64,000 bases of DNA from Torpedo marmorata (Eukaryota): NCBI GenBank assembly GCA_977017645.1, contig OZ360241.1:35278001-35342000 (forward strand), given 5' to 3'. Both the position numbers and the translations under genes were made by a program. The notes under the pieces are model-generated. The model saw nothing but the letters and a program-made list of their open reading frames with translations, was not told the DNA's origin and searched no databases. Positions within the stretch are counted from its first letter, which is position 1; each line of letters begins with the position of its first letter. Shown here piece by piece: positions 26,231 through 39,647 of the stretch.

Positions 26231-27594
26231 CTCTTGTCTCTTGTAACTGTGTACACACCTAACTGCTGGAATGTATACAATTCCAGTGCCCTGAATATCT
26301 GTTTCAAATCATTTAGTGAAAAATACTAATAGGCCCCATATATACAATGTGACTTTTACGTAACTCGGTGATTTTCTTTTTGCATTTTTCTGATAACTTT
26401 TAACTTAATTCACTGCACTGTCAAGAGAAGGAAAAGTTATAATCAGTTATTAAGTGACCTGAGGAAACGTGGTCCTTTTGGTTTGAAGAGACAGAGATTG
26501 TTTAGTCTTTTAAAAGTCTAACCATGTTACAAGAGATCATGCCTTGAAGAAACAGCAACCGGTTGACTTTAAGGACAAGAAATCAATGTACTATATCAAA
26601 CTATATCAATGTTAATGAGTATGCATTGGCATTTAATGAACATAAATCCAATGTTTTGAGTGAATGTTTATAATGGAATAACTGCAGGAGAAGGTAGTAG
26701 AAAGATAACCCCATTGGTTTTTTGTAGAAAAGGAATTGACATGTTCCCATCAATTTATGTTTGGGAAGCAAAAATGTCACACTTTCTTGTAAATGAACTG
26801 GAGAACATCAGTACAAAAGGAGATTTGAAAATGTTACCGGTAATATATATTCATACAGTCTGTAGTTAGTTAATCCTCATGGATTGATCAGATGACATAG
26901 ATGAATGTCATCTTAAACTACGTACATTGCAAAGTTATTGGTCCAGATTGTGCTGACCTTTGCCAGTGATTCCAATCAGAACTGCAGACATTTAGCCAAT
27001 GAAGCCCGTCTACATGTGAACTGTGAAACATGGAAACCCAGAATCTACTGACTGAGTGCAGTGGTGGAGCATAGTCTTGTTGGGATTTGCGAGCATTATA
27101 ATCTTAGACTGGTATCCACCACTAGTTGCCTCTCGGATCATGTGCCTGTTGTGATCTGCCACAGGATCCAAGATATCATTGATTTTAAAGGTGAAGGTAA
27201 AACTCTTTTGATTTAGTTTAATATTGATGGGTTTTAAGCTGTTTTAATTTTTTTTACTATCTATTTGAATTTTAATAGATTTATGACATCTTGAATGTCA
27301 AAGACATTTAAAAAAATATTGACATCATTAACTGCAGAAAAGCTGTAGTGGGCTCCAAGGGCTAGTGAAGTAGGGCCATTGAGTGGAGTGAGAGAGTGAT
27401 TCTATTTTTGGGGCTGTGATGGCTGAATCTAAACCATGGCAGCACTGTGTGCTAGGTATAAAATGCATTGGAGTTATACACTAGGCTCCTCCAGCACCTC
27501 CCCAAAATTTTGACCTCAACCTCCACTACCTGCAGTTTCATTTCATGAGCAATAAATGTCAGATTTGCCATTGAAGCCCACATGAAAATATAAT

Positions 27595-27755
27595 ACAATA
27601 TACAAATATGCTGGAGAAACCCAACAGGTCACACAGCATCCATAGGAAGTGAAGGGTGACCAATGTTTCGGGCCTGGGCCCTTCGTCAGGGATGAGTGGA
27701 TGAGAATATCTTCGTGGTAGGCATCCCTCGAAGAGACGTCGCAGTAGAGTAGCTG
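27595..27755 (-). mobile_element. Penelope-like pLTR fragment with hammerhead core
   Basis: Minus strand reads CTGACGA-A-GGGCCCAGGCCC-GAAAC. Confidence 0.7.
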
Positions 27756-28325
27756 AATGGAGTTAAACAAGAATTCAACATTTTGTTTAACTCAAAATGA
27801 AAATATAATGGAATTTTTTAAAGTCATGAACTTTATATGGCATGGCTGTGTTCTGAAGTTGCCCAGGCAGGTTTTCTGGAGAGAGTTTCAGCTATTTTTG
27901 AATGGATCCCAACTGTTTCCAATTCCGCTGTTCCAGAGTATGCCATGTTTTGGAATCACAGGTCTGGTTTATCATAAAGGATACCAAGATTAGTCGGTGT
28001 CAGATCTTGAAGAATTTTTATTTTTCGTGAAAAGTGTAGATCCTTGAATGACATTCCTTCAGCAAATGTGTATGGCTAACATGGGTGAAAATCTAGCTAA
28101 ATTGGGAGGATTTTATTTAATTACTGAACTGGCAATAACAATGCAAGAGCATAGTACCTGTATTGTGTGTACTATTTCAGGAAGAGCAATGCTTGTTACT
28201 TTCAGGTATTTAAACTGGAACAAATATCAAGGCCTGGGAATTACTGTGTGCTGTTAAAAATTAGCTATTTAGGGTATGTGAGGCAAGTGGCCATCTCTTC
28301 CAACTGCAAATTTCAGTAACGTTGA

Positions 28326-31300
28326 CCATATGATATAGAAGCAGAAGTAGGCCATTCAGCCCATCATGTTCACTCCGCCATTCCATCATGAGCTGATCCA
28401 TTATCCCACTCAGCCCCACTCCCCAGCCTTCTCTCCATAACCTTTGATACCATGATTATTCAGATACCTATCCATCTCTGCCTTAAATACACCTAACGAC
28501 TTTGCCTCCACAGTTGCCCATGCTAGCAAATTCCAGAGGTTCACCACTCTCTGGCTAAAGAAATTCTTCTGCATCTCTGTTTAAATGGGCGCCCTTCAAC
28601 CCTGAAGTTGTGCCCTCTTGTTCCTTGACTCCCCTACCATGGGAAACAACTTTGCCGCATCTACTCAGTCCAGGCCTTTCAACATTCTTTTGAACTCCAA
28701 GGAGCACAGTCTAAGAGCCATCAAACATTCCTCGTATGCTAATCCCTTCATTCCAGGAATCATTCTTGTAAATCTTCTCTGAACCCTCTCCAATGCCAGC
28801 ACATACTTTCTTAAATAAGGAGCCCAAAACTGTACCCCGTACTCCAACTGAGGCCTCACCAGTGCCATAGAAAGCCTCGATATCACATCCCTGTTCTTGT
28901 ATCCTATTCCTCTAGATATGAATGCCAACATTGCATTTGCCTTCTTCACTACCAACTCAACCAGGAGGTTAACCTTTAGGGTATCCTGCACGAGGACTCC
29001 CAAGTCCCTTTGCACCTCCGATTTTTGAATTTTCTCCCCATCCAAATAATAGTCTTCCATTTTATTCCTTCTACCAAAGTGCATGACAATACACTTTCCA
29101 ACATTGTATTTCATTTGCAACTTCTTTTCCCATTCTCCTAATCTATCTAAGTCTCTCTGCAGCCTCTCAGTTTCCTCATCACTACCTGCCCCTCCACCTA
29201 TCTTTATATCATCTGCAAACTTAGCCCAAAGCCATTTATTCCGCAATCCAAACATTAACATACAATGAGAAAAGAAGTGTCCCCAACACCGACCCCTGCA
29301 GAAAACTACTGGTAACCGATAGCCAACCAGAATAGGATCCCTTTATTCCTACTTTCCTGCCAATCAGCTAATGCTCTATCCATGCTAGTATTTTTCCTGT
29401 AATTCCATTCGTCTTGTTAAGCAGCCTCATGTGCGGCAATTTGTCAACAGCCTTTTGAAAATCCAAATATACAACATCCACTGCATCTCATTTATCTCAC
29501 CTGCTTGTGATTTACTCAAAAAATTGCAGTAGGTTTGTCAGGCAAGATTTTCCCTTAAGTAAACCATGCTGACTTTGGCCTATCTTGTCATGCACCTCCA
29601 GGTACTCTGTAATCTTATCAACCTCATCCTTTAAAAAAAAAAAAAAAAATTTTATTTAAAATTTTAAATCACACAATAATACATGTTTATAAAATACAAA
29701 ATTATCAGAATACATGTGATATATTTTCACCCTCCCCTCCCTCCCTTCCCCCTCCCTAACCCACCCACCCCTACTACTCTAATAATATAGAAAGAAAAAA
29801 AAAGGATAGAATTTGGAGAATGTCAATCTAAAAAAGAACAACTATACTTTAATTTTATTGTGGAACACAGGTTCGCCAGTCAGACCTGATATCGAGAGAT
29901 CCTCAAATCCTTAAACCCACAATCTTTATATATGGGCTCCATATTTTCAAAAAGAAATGATATTTGTTACTTAAATTATAAGTACTGGTAATTTTTTCAA
30001 GTGGTATACATAAACGAAGTTCTGCATGCCATCTTTCTAACCCTAAATCTATATCAGACTTCCATGTAATAGCAATGCATTTCTTTGAAACAGCTAAAGC
30101 AATTCGCAAAAATTCTATTTGATACATATTTAATCTCATTTTAATACTAATTCTTGTAATATCTCCAAACAAAAATATCATAGGACTCATTGGGAGTGTA
30201 ATTCTTAATACTTTGTCTGAAAACTTTTTAACTTTCAGCCAAAAAGCATGTATCCTTGGACAAAGCCACATAGAATGTACAAAAGAGCCTTCCTCTCTAT
30301 TACATCTAAAACATAAATCTGATAGTCTTGAATTAAATTTCTTTAATTTCTTAGGCATTAAATATAATAGATGCAAAAAGTTGTATTGCACTAACCTATA
30401 TCTAACATTAATAATTTTTGTCATACTTTGTTTACATATTTCTTTCCAATGTTCCTCATCTATTATTACATTCAAATCTGATTCCCATTTTAATCTTGAT
30501 TTATGAATTCCTGGTTTAGGCATTTTTTTCTGTAACAATCTATACATTTGAGAAATAAATTTATTTATACCCCCATTAGTAACTAATAATTCCAATTCAC
30601 TTTGTCTTGGTAAAATTAAACTATGACCTAACTTTTCAACTAAAAATGTTCTTATTCGATAATAAGCAAAAAATGTATTATTTAATACATTAAACTTCTC
30701 TTTCATTCTTAGAAAAGTAATAAATTTACCAGCTTCAAAACAATCATTTACTTTTTTAATCCCTTTTTGAAACCAAATTTTAAACAATTGATTATCAACA
30801 GTAAATGGGATAAGTTTATTTTGATATAAAGGCATTTTACAAGAAATTAACCCTTTCCCTCCTATCTCCCTATCCACTTTATTCCATATTTCTAACAAAT
30901 GTTTTAAAATAAGAGAATTTTTACCTCCCCTTAATAATAATTTAGAATTCCATTTATAAATAACTTCTTTCGAATCCTCTCCTATATTATTCTATTCTAA
31001 TCCAAGCAGAAGATTTTTCTAAATCAAACATTTCATTAATGAATTTTAATTGAGCTGCCTCATCCTTGACAATCGACTCCCAACAACTTCCCAACCACAG
31101 TTGTGAGGCTAACAGGTCTATAATTTCCTTTCTGCTGCCTTCCTCCCTTTCCAATCTTCTGGAACCATGCCAGAATCTATTGATTCTTGGAAGATCATTG
31201 CCAATAGCTACAAAATCTTTATAGCTACTTCTTTCAGAAACTGAGGGTGCATTCCATTTGGTCTTGGAGTCTTATCTACCCTTAGACCATTCAGCTTCTC

Positions 31301-32390
31301 AAGCACCTTCTGTCTGGTGATCATGACTGCACTCACCTCTCTGGTATACTGCTAATGTCTTCCATAGTGAAGACTGATACAGAATACTCATTGAGTTCCT
31401 CTGCCATCTCCTTGTCTCCCATTACAAGTTCTCAAGCATAATTTTCTATCGGTCTTTTATACTCTCACTTTTTTTACTCTTAATTTATGTAAAAGAGCTT
31501 TTTGTATCCTTTTTGATATTATTTGCAAGCTTCCTTTCAAAGTACATCTTTTCATTTCTAATGACGTTCTTAGTTGCCTTCTGTACACTTTTTAAAGCTT
31601 CCCAGTTCTTTATCTTCCCACCAATTTTTGCTTCCTTGTATGCTCTTGCTTTTACTTTGGCTTTAGCTTCTCTTGTCAACCACAGTTGTCATTTTTCTGT
31701 TCAAATATTTCTTCTTTTTTGGAATATACCTGTCCTGCACCTTTCTTATTTCTCACAGAAACTCCAGCCATTGCTGCTCTGCCGTCCTCCCTGCTGGTGT
31801 GCCTTTCCAGTCAACTTTTGTCATGTTGCTCTCTCATATCTCTGTAGTCCCCTTTATTCCACTGGTATACTGACACCTCTGATTTTAGTTTCTCCCTCTC
31901 AAACTGCAGGGCGAATTCTATCTTATTTTGATCACTGCCTCCTAAGGATCCCCTTACCTTCAGCTCCCTTATCAACTCTGGTTCATTACACAATATCCAA
32001 TCCAGAATTGCCATATCCCTAGTCAGCTCAGCCACAAGCTGTTCTAAGAAGCCATCCTGAATGCATTTGATAAATTCCTTCTCTTGGGAGTTAGTAGCAA
32101 CTTGCTTTTCCCAATTAACCTGCATATTGAAATTCCCCATGACTATTGTAACATTGCCCTTTTGGCATGCTTTCTCTGACTCCCATATCCTGGGTACTGT
32201 TTGGAGGCCCATATACAACTCCCATCAAGGTCTTTTTACACTTACAGTTTCTTAATTCTACCCCAGGGATTCTATATATATATTCTGATCCAATGTCTCC
32301 TCTCCAAAGATTTAATTCCATTTTTAACCAGCAGAACCACCCCACCCCCACTGCCTTCCTTCCTGTCCTTCTGATGCACTGTGTATCGAC
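28326..32390 (-). mobile_element. CR1 (HER1-like) LINE ORF2 with endonuclease and RT remnants, split by an L1
   Basis: Endonuclease motifs GVVYGPPNS, VMGNFN and LGGSDQNKIEF; RT C-terminus KFADD...RDLGVLV...LERVQRRFTRMIPG; CR1 tail at ~28330. Confidence 0.9.
29632..31057 (-). mobile_element. L1/Tx1-clade LINE 3' fragment inside the CR1
   Basis: 331-aa ORF2 C-terminus with CFRC...HSMWLC; 10-bp TSD CCTCATCCTT at 29622-29631 and 31058-31067. Confidence 0.9.
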
Positions 32391-33149
32391 AGTTAAGGTA
32401 TGAATTAGCAGATTATAATGGAAAAGACATTTGGGGTGGAATGGAAGGGGTTGACTGTAATACCCTGTTAGTTTTGGCAGATAGGGTTGGAGCCCAATGA
32501 TAGAAGAAAAGTAATTGGATTTTCCTGAGGGGAGATCCTAGTCCAGTGCAATGTTTTTGATAACTCACTGCTCTGGGAGTGTTCCATTCCTCAAAACAGC
32601 ATGGCCTGGTTTACTCCACAATACTGTATTATAAAAGCACAGCGAAAAATGAGACCTAATGCAAATCTGACACAGAAATCAGACTCTTGTTGAAAAGTAC
32701 TGGCTTAATTTCAAGAGTTGTGTCAAACAACCTGGAAATTGTCATTATTACCTTCCATTCTGGAAGTCGCCATTTTCAATTGTCGAACACTGAAAACAGC
32801 ACCTTGGGATTAAATTTCTAGACTGTATTCTGCTGGTTAAAAAGAAGTTTACTTCCAAACTCTCAAAAAAGTAAGCTTACATTTGACTTTGAGCATTTCT
32901 GAAAGAACCCTTACAAAACTATTGACTTTCCTTTACATTTTATTAACTATGAAGCAATTACACAAATAAAAGCCTGACCAGAAGTGACAAAAGTAGTTTT
33001 TTTTCTCTCTCTTAAAGCGTAAATGGGTAAAACTGATGTGTAGGAGTTATATGAAACTAGATGGAATGATGTCATTAGGCTGGTATTGTACTTGATTCCA
33101 GAACTTATTGTGCAGCATATTGGCCCCAAAAAATTGTGAAGCCATTGGT

Positions 33150-33780
33150 GTTGCCAGTATATTTGTACAAGTGCCAGAGCAATCTTAGACAAGGATAGAA
33201 AAGCAATTTAAGTGGGGAAATACCATAATTTCTTCTCAAATTTAGCTGCCCATAGAAATTTGTTTCATTGCCAGCTATGATATTAACCAATGGGTTTACA
33301 ACAGAACCACTCTCAGTGAGGGCCAGAGTCAAACAAGGCTACGTTTTTGCGCCAACACATTTCTCAATTATCCTTGACCTAACATTGCATCTCACCTCCA
33401 CCAAACCTGCTGTTAAGGGGTAGAGCTAATCATCAAAACTAATGAGAAACTGTTCAGCCTATGATGCATGTGCTCCAAAACGTATGTTACCTGCTTCAGT
33501 CAATATGTTTGGCATGCAGATGATGCCTTCTTCTGGGAAGCAGCTGCAAAACCAAGATCCCTGACTAACCTGTCCCAGCTGCAACACCCTGCCCTCCAAC
33601 AATAAATAATCTGGAACTGGAAAAAGTCCTGGAAAATGTGGACCAGATATCATTATCCCAAGAGCCACTTCTTGGCAAAGGCAGATGTAAATGATGCAAT
33701 CAGTGTGCCCACAGAGCCTTTGATTGATTGAGGAAAAAGGTATTTAAATGTCAAAACCTCAGACCTTATTCAAAGCACAT
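33150..33780 (+). mobile_element. Highly decayed RTE-like LINE fragment
   Basis: AGAGTCAAACAAGGCTACGTTTTTGCGCCAACA reads RVKQGYVFAPT, resembling the RTE motif GVKQGCVLAPT. Confidence 0.4.
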
Positions 33781-34049
33781 GGTTTTGAGATCGCAAACAC
33801 CTTTAAATATTTGAATTTTATGCAAATCCTCCAGATTTAGTCAAAGGACAAGCAAGCAACTGTCAAACATCCTACCCAGGCCAATATGTCAGTTACATTG
33901 GGCAGGCCATATTGTTTGCTTGCCTCCACCACATAGGAATGGGGTTTGGTTCTCAGCTCTGGTGCTGTCTTAATTGTTTACATGTACTTCCTGCGTCTTC
34001 TGGTTTCATCCCATCTCTTAAAGACCAGTCAGTAATCAGGTTGCAAAAA

Positions 34050-34980
34050 AACAAACCACTAAAGAAACTCAGAGGACAAAGCAGCATCTATTGGAGGGAA
34101 AAGGACAGTTGACGTTTGGTGTCGAGACTCATCATTTGGACTGATAGAGTGTGGGGAAATAGCCATCTAAAGAGGTGATGGGGAGAGTCGGGGCTTTAGC
34201 TGCCAAGCAATAAGTGGACCCAGTTAAGTGGTCAATTGGCAGATAGTGAAGGGAGGGAATGGTGGAGATAGTAGCCGGGAGGTGATAAATGGAGACAACA
34301 AATGGCTGCAAATGATGGAATGTGATAAGATAGGAAGGTGATGTGTGGAGCCAGTGGAGAGGGTTGCTGGGGAGTGTTCCAGTGATGGGTAGATAGAGTA
34401 GGTGGGGAAGGAGAAAGAAAGTGGTTAATGGAGCTGGGGGTGTTGGAAAGAATTGGGTGTGTGAGAGGATCTGGGTTGACCAGATGTTCATCCCACTGGG
34501 ATGCAGGCTACCCAGGTGGGAGATGAGGTGTTGCGCTGCTCTTCCAGTTTCTGTTTAGCCACACCCTAGTTGGGGAGGAGGCCAAGGACGGATGGGTTGG
34601 TGTGGGAATGGGAAGGGGAATTGAAATAACTTGCAACCAGGAGCTCCAGATGACCATTGCAAACAGAGGGCAGGTGCTTGGCAAAGCGATTGTCTAGTTT
34701 GTGTTTGGTCTCACTGATGTAGAGGAGATCTCATCGAGAGCACCAAATGCAATAGATGTGGTTGGAGAAGGTGCACACAAATTTCTGTCACACATGGAAG
34801 GGCTGTTTGGGTCTGCCGTGGATGGATATAAGGGAGGAAGTGTAGAAACGGGTGTAACACTTAAGGCTGCAGGAGGGGGAAGGATGGGCAGGAGTGATGA
34901 GAAAACCAGGGAGTCATGGAGTGAGTCATCTCTGTGGAAAGCAGAAAGAGATGGGGAAGGGAGGATCTGACTGGTGGTAG
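34050..34980 (-). mobile_element. Penelope-like element 3' part (GIY-YIG remnant plus pLTR)
   Basis: Minus strand near 34690-34760 reads YCIWCSR*DLLYISETKHKLDNRFAKH; decayed hammerhead motif at ~34105-34142. Confidence 0.8.
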
Positions 34981-35569
34981 GAAGTTAGTAGGTTAATTGT
35001 CTACTGTACAGTGTGCCAAATATTGGGGAGTGGAGCGGGGACTGAGAATGTTTTGTATTTTTTTTTTAAATATTCCATTTATACATGTAACATGAGGAAG
35101 AACCTATTTGCCTTTATTAGAGTTGGAGCAAGGAAAATTAAGACATTGTAATGTACGTGACCAGTGGAAAATCTCTGATTATTGCAAATCTGTTTGCCCA
35201 ATGACTTAGATCCTCTTGATTACGAAGCAGTCTGCATACACTACTGACCAAAAGGCACATGCTCTTCTTGAAAGCAATGTGAATAACAAGCTATTCAAAT
35301 TGTGAAAATACATCAAAGTTTCTGTTGCAGAGCATTGTTTCCATCTTCCAGAAACACTTTTATTAAATATACTGTACAAAAATAAGCCATTTGACCAACT
35401 TTATCTATGCTGACTATCAAGTGTGTGCAATAATGGGAAGTTATCAAAGACTGAACATAGATATTTTGAAAGCATTCCAGGTGATGTTGGGCATGTTTTT
35501 TTTTGTTATATATAGACTAATTGGGTGAGTTTTAGATCATGCTAGGGAAATTGGCCTGAGCATTTCTGA

Positions 35570-35740
35570 GGGGAGTGAAACACGAAAGTCTGCAGATGTT
35601 CTGATTGTAGTAAAAACATAGAAATGCTGGAGGAACTCCGCAGGTCTTGCAGCGTCCATAGGAGGTAAAGATATATAACCGACGTTTCGGGTCTGAGCCC
35701 AGGGCTCAGGCTGAGTTCCTCCAACACTTTTGTGTTTTTA
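35570..35740 (-). mobile_element. 171-bp inverted Penelope pLTR mini-insertion
   Basis: 14-bp TSD CTGAGCATTTCTGA at 35556-35569 and 35741-35754; internal inverted repeat. Confidence 0.85.
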
Positions 35741-36606
35741 CTGAGCATTTCTGAATGTGATTCACCTTGATACAGTTGATGGTTTCCCTTATAACAGTCT
35801 TGTAACTAGATAAATCATATTTTCTTGACTTTTACCAGAAATTGGAGCTTTTGGGGAAAACAACAATTTTTGTCATTAAATCACAAAACAATCACAGAGG
35901 GTTCAGGAACATGCTGTTAATTGAAGGTTCTGCACTGTCATATTAATGTTGTTTTCACAATATCTTCTAGCCTCTATGACCAATATTGTGTCAAATGATT
36001 CAGTGGAGCTACCTTCACCAATTGCAGTTTTTTAAAATTTTACAATCACTTGTGATCTGTGTGCAGCAATCACTAGCCATTGATCAGCCTGCAGCTTAAA
36101 GAGACTTGTGGTCAATAGATCTTGAGAGTGATTCACCCAGTTCTTTGCGTTGGAAACGTTGGCCTAAATATAGCAGAGAGTGCAGTGATTTTCCCCCTTT
36201 GACATTTCCTCCCATTCTTTTCCGCCACAGTACCGTGACTGTAATGGAGAAAATCTTAAAGTAGTCTTCTTTGCATAGCTCTGCATAGAAGCTCTGCAGG
36301 GAACTAAGATCCAGTTTTAGCACACAAACTCACATGCTGTAAACTGTGGCACTGGTTTTCAAGTGTATTTGGCTAATATTGTACTATCTTTTTTTGGAGC
36401 TGGGAGAGAGTGTAAATGCAGCTTGAGTTTAGCATGTGAATTTCTATTCACCTGTTTTATAATAGCAGTTGTCACGCTCTTAAAAAGTGATAACTTCATC
36501 AATTTACAGGTTTTGGCTTTAATAACAGTGAACCAAACCTAAAAGAAACTGCTTTTGACTTGCATTAATGTTGTACTGTAAATTTGGACACAGATTTAAT
36601 TTTTAA

Positions 36607-36844
36607 ATTTAGAGATGCAGCATGGTAATAGGCCCTTCTGGCCCATGAAGCCCAAATGCGTAACCAGTTAACCTACTGACCCGTACGCCTTTGGAATGTG
36701 GGAGGAAACCGGAGAACCGAAAAATAAATCCACACAGAAACTGGAAGAATGTACAAACTCCTTACAGACAACGGCAGGGTCAAACCTGGGTCGCTGGCAC
36801 TGTAATAGCATTGAGCTAACTGCTATGCTAAACGTGCTGCCCCA
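36607..36844 (-). mobile_element. tRNA-derived V-SINE (HE1-like)
   Basis: tRNA-like head with A/B-box-like motifs on the minus strand, V-domain CCGGTTTCCTCCCACATTCCAAAG, and CR1-type tail. Confidence 0.8.
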
Positions 36845-37114
36845 AAGTCCAATTTAACATCAAGAAGTAGTGATAGTATCCATGAAGTTAGTTTCATTCT
36901 GGTTTGACATGTAGCAACAGTGTTGGTCTCTGGTATAAGCTATTTATTAAAGGTAAAACTTGAATCTCTTTGGAAGCTTTTAATTTCAGTGACTTTTACC
37001 TCCTAGGTAAAGCATTTAATAATTTTCACATTAAGTATTTTTGATTGTCAGGAGAGGAACTAGATGGAGAATGGTACAATTTGAAAAGATAGTGTGTTAC
37101 TCCATTCACTGAAC

Positions 37115-37221
37115 CCAGTATCAAATTCAAATGTATGGATGCAATTAATCCAGTATCAAATTCAAATGTATGGATGCAATTAATCCAGTATCAAATGCAA
37201 ATATATGGATGCAATTAATCC
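37115..37221. repeat. 35-bp tandem repeat, 3 copies
   Basis: Unit CCAGTATCAAATTCAAATGTATGGATGCAATTAAT. Confidence 0.95.
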
Positions 37222-38694
37222 CAATTTTGCCTGCAAAGATCTTATTCACCTGCAAGTGTTGGGTTACTTTAGTTACTGAACTTTGCTGGGTATTAAATAC
37301 AAACCCTCCAACTGCAGAAGTAAATAGTTAACTTTTTGGATTGAAGAGCAGTTACAAAGTTTGTCTTCACAATGGCTTTTTTTGGGGGGGTTGCAGCTGT
37401 TTCACTATTTAATGACTTGGTCATTAGGGATCTCGCTTCATTTTGCATTAACTATTTCAAAATTGAGGACGAAAACTTCATTGAGAACAAACTTTAGAGG
37501 TACCGTAATTAGAAGAACAAATCTTGCAAGAGTGATTTCATTTCAATAAGAAGTTGTACTGTAACATTTTTTTATTTGTAAGGTTAGTGAATTTATAAGG
37601 CATTATTGCAACTCAGCCATAATTGGCTCCCATCCTTTCAAATTGACTGGAAGTTCTACTATATAGTTCAATAATTTTGGAAGTTACAGGAATTTCAATG
37701 TTTTGTTCCAGTGTGCATACAGTGACAAACACGGAAGTCTCTCGATGGGCACAGCAACATCAAACAGTATGTAACACAAATTGCAGCCCAGTTTCTCAGA
37801 TGCAAGGTATAAAATGACAACTGAGGCCTGTAACAGCATAAGTTATTATTACTTAATTTATTATTATTGGCTGTTGCACCAGACTAGACATTCTACCAAG
37901 TTGGTTTATCTTCACTTGCCATTCATTCCCAGTTACATTCCTACTCCACCCCCTTGTTGCCAGTTTGTCACTTACGCTCTGTTGGTCACATCCCCAACCC
38001 TACCTTATACAACCTCGCCCCAGCCCCATCCCAAACTCTCTAAGATCCATGACCCACTTGATTTCTCCTGGTATCACCATAAAGGTGGACCTTTATACAT
38101 TGGACACAACAAAACATTCCTGCTTGTGTTGGGTTTAATTGCGAGAGTCCGCATTCAAAGATGGCCTGGCCTGCTTTATAATGCCTTTTGTAGCATGGAT
38201 GTATTCCTAAGCCATTGTTGCTTCTGAAGATTTATTAACTTATGAAAAATCAAGGCAAGTAGATTAAGTTGAAAAAAGTCTTGCATTATTTTAACTGTCG
38301 TATTTTCTATTATATACCATTTATACATGTAATTCCAGTTGTTTCAGTGCAAAAAATATATGGGAAGATGCTGGTACTTATTCTGGGCTAAATTAAGTAC
38401 AAGTAGTATTATGTGTTTATATTACATTAGCCTTTTAGAAAATATAGAGATAAGAAGGAAAAGCAAAGTAAGAAATAAAAACTATAGATTACTATACTCA
38501 AGATGCCTTGAATTAACAGGACAATCCTTCAAATAAGTCTGAACTGGAGGTATGTATCTTTGAGAATATTGGGATTTTGTCATGGAAAATAGAAATAATT
38601 TTAAAGTTCTCAGAAGGAAATTTGGATAAATTCACAGGATGTGAGAAGGGCAGGGCCATAGTAATGAATGATTCCAGTTATTCAATCACAGACA

Positions 38695-39500
38695 AGAACA
38701 TAAGAAATTGAAACAGAAATCAGCCATTTGGCCCCCTGTGCCTGCTCTGCCATTCAATAGCATCTTTTATCCCACCATATGTTTCCTGCATGGGTGGGGG
38801 AATTTTCTTTCATCTCTCTCCATTATACAAGACTCCTTACTCTGATCTCTGATGTTAGATAATCTCCCTTCCCCAGCCAAGGGAAATATGAATCTGCATC
38901 AATTCTGTCAAGCACCCTAACAATCTTGTATATTTCAATGAGGGCATCTCACATGCTTCTAAATTTGAATACAGACTTGGTCTGCCTAATTTCTTCTATC
39001 ATAACTGCACCATCCCAAGAATCAAACTAACAAGCATTCAGTGTAAGTGGGTATATTCTTCCCGAATTAGAGAGACCAGACATGTAAGGTTTGTGGTCTC
39101 ACCATAGCCTCATATAATTGGAGCAAGACTTATCTACTCCAGTACTCAAATCCTCTTGTAATAAAGCCCAGCTTACTGTTTGCCATCCCAATTGTTGCTA
39201 AATCTTTCCTTTGACTTGTTGATTTGTATACAAGGACATCCAGATCTTTACAAACATCAAATATACTTCTCTTCGTATTAAAAATTATTCTGCCTTTCTA
39301 TTTTTTCTACCAAACTGAATGCTATCACACTTTCCCCCATTTTATTCCATCGACTGTGGACTTGGATATTCACTCAGGTCCATAATCCCTGAATCCTCTT
39401 TGGAGACTGCTCACAGTCCATACTGCCACCTAGCTTTGTATCAACAAACTTGGGATAAATTTGGGTAATTTATACCAAGGCCCCCATTGATTTCAACCTC
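38695..39500 (-). mobile_element. Old CR1 LINE 3' fragment
   Basis: AAGAACATAAGAAAT tail and similarity to 2384-3274. Confidence 0.65.
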
Positions 39501-39647
39501 CCAACAAGAAAATTAGAAATTTTTCATGACCTCTTGTTATTTGCCAGTGCAGCAATTCTCATTCCACGCATGTATATTACACCTATTACCAATGACAGTT
39601 TAACTGGTCCGTGATTTCCTATTTGGGAAAGGAGCAGAGAGAAAGCA

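Noticed and set aside
36770-36844. tRNA gene
   Set aside because: It is the tRNA-derived head of a V-SINE, with a decayed cloverleaf.
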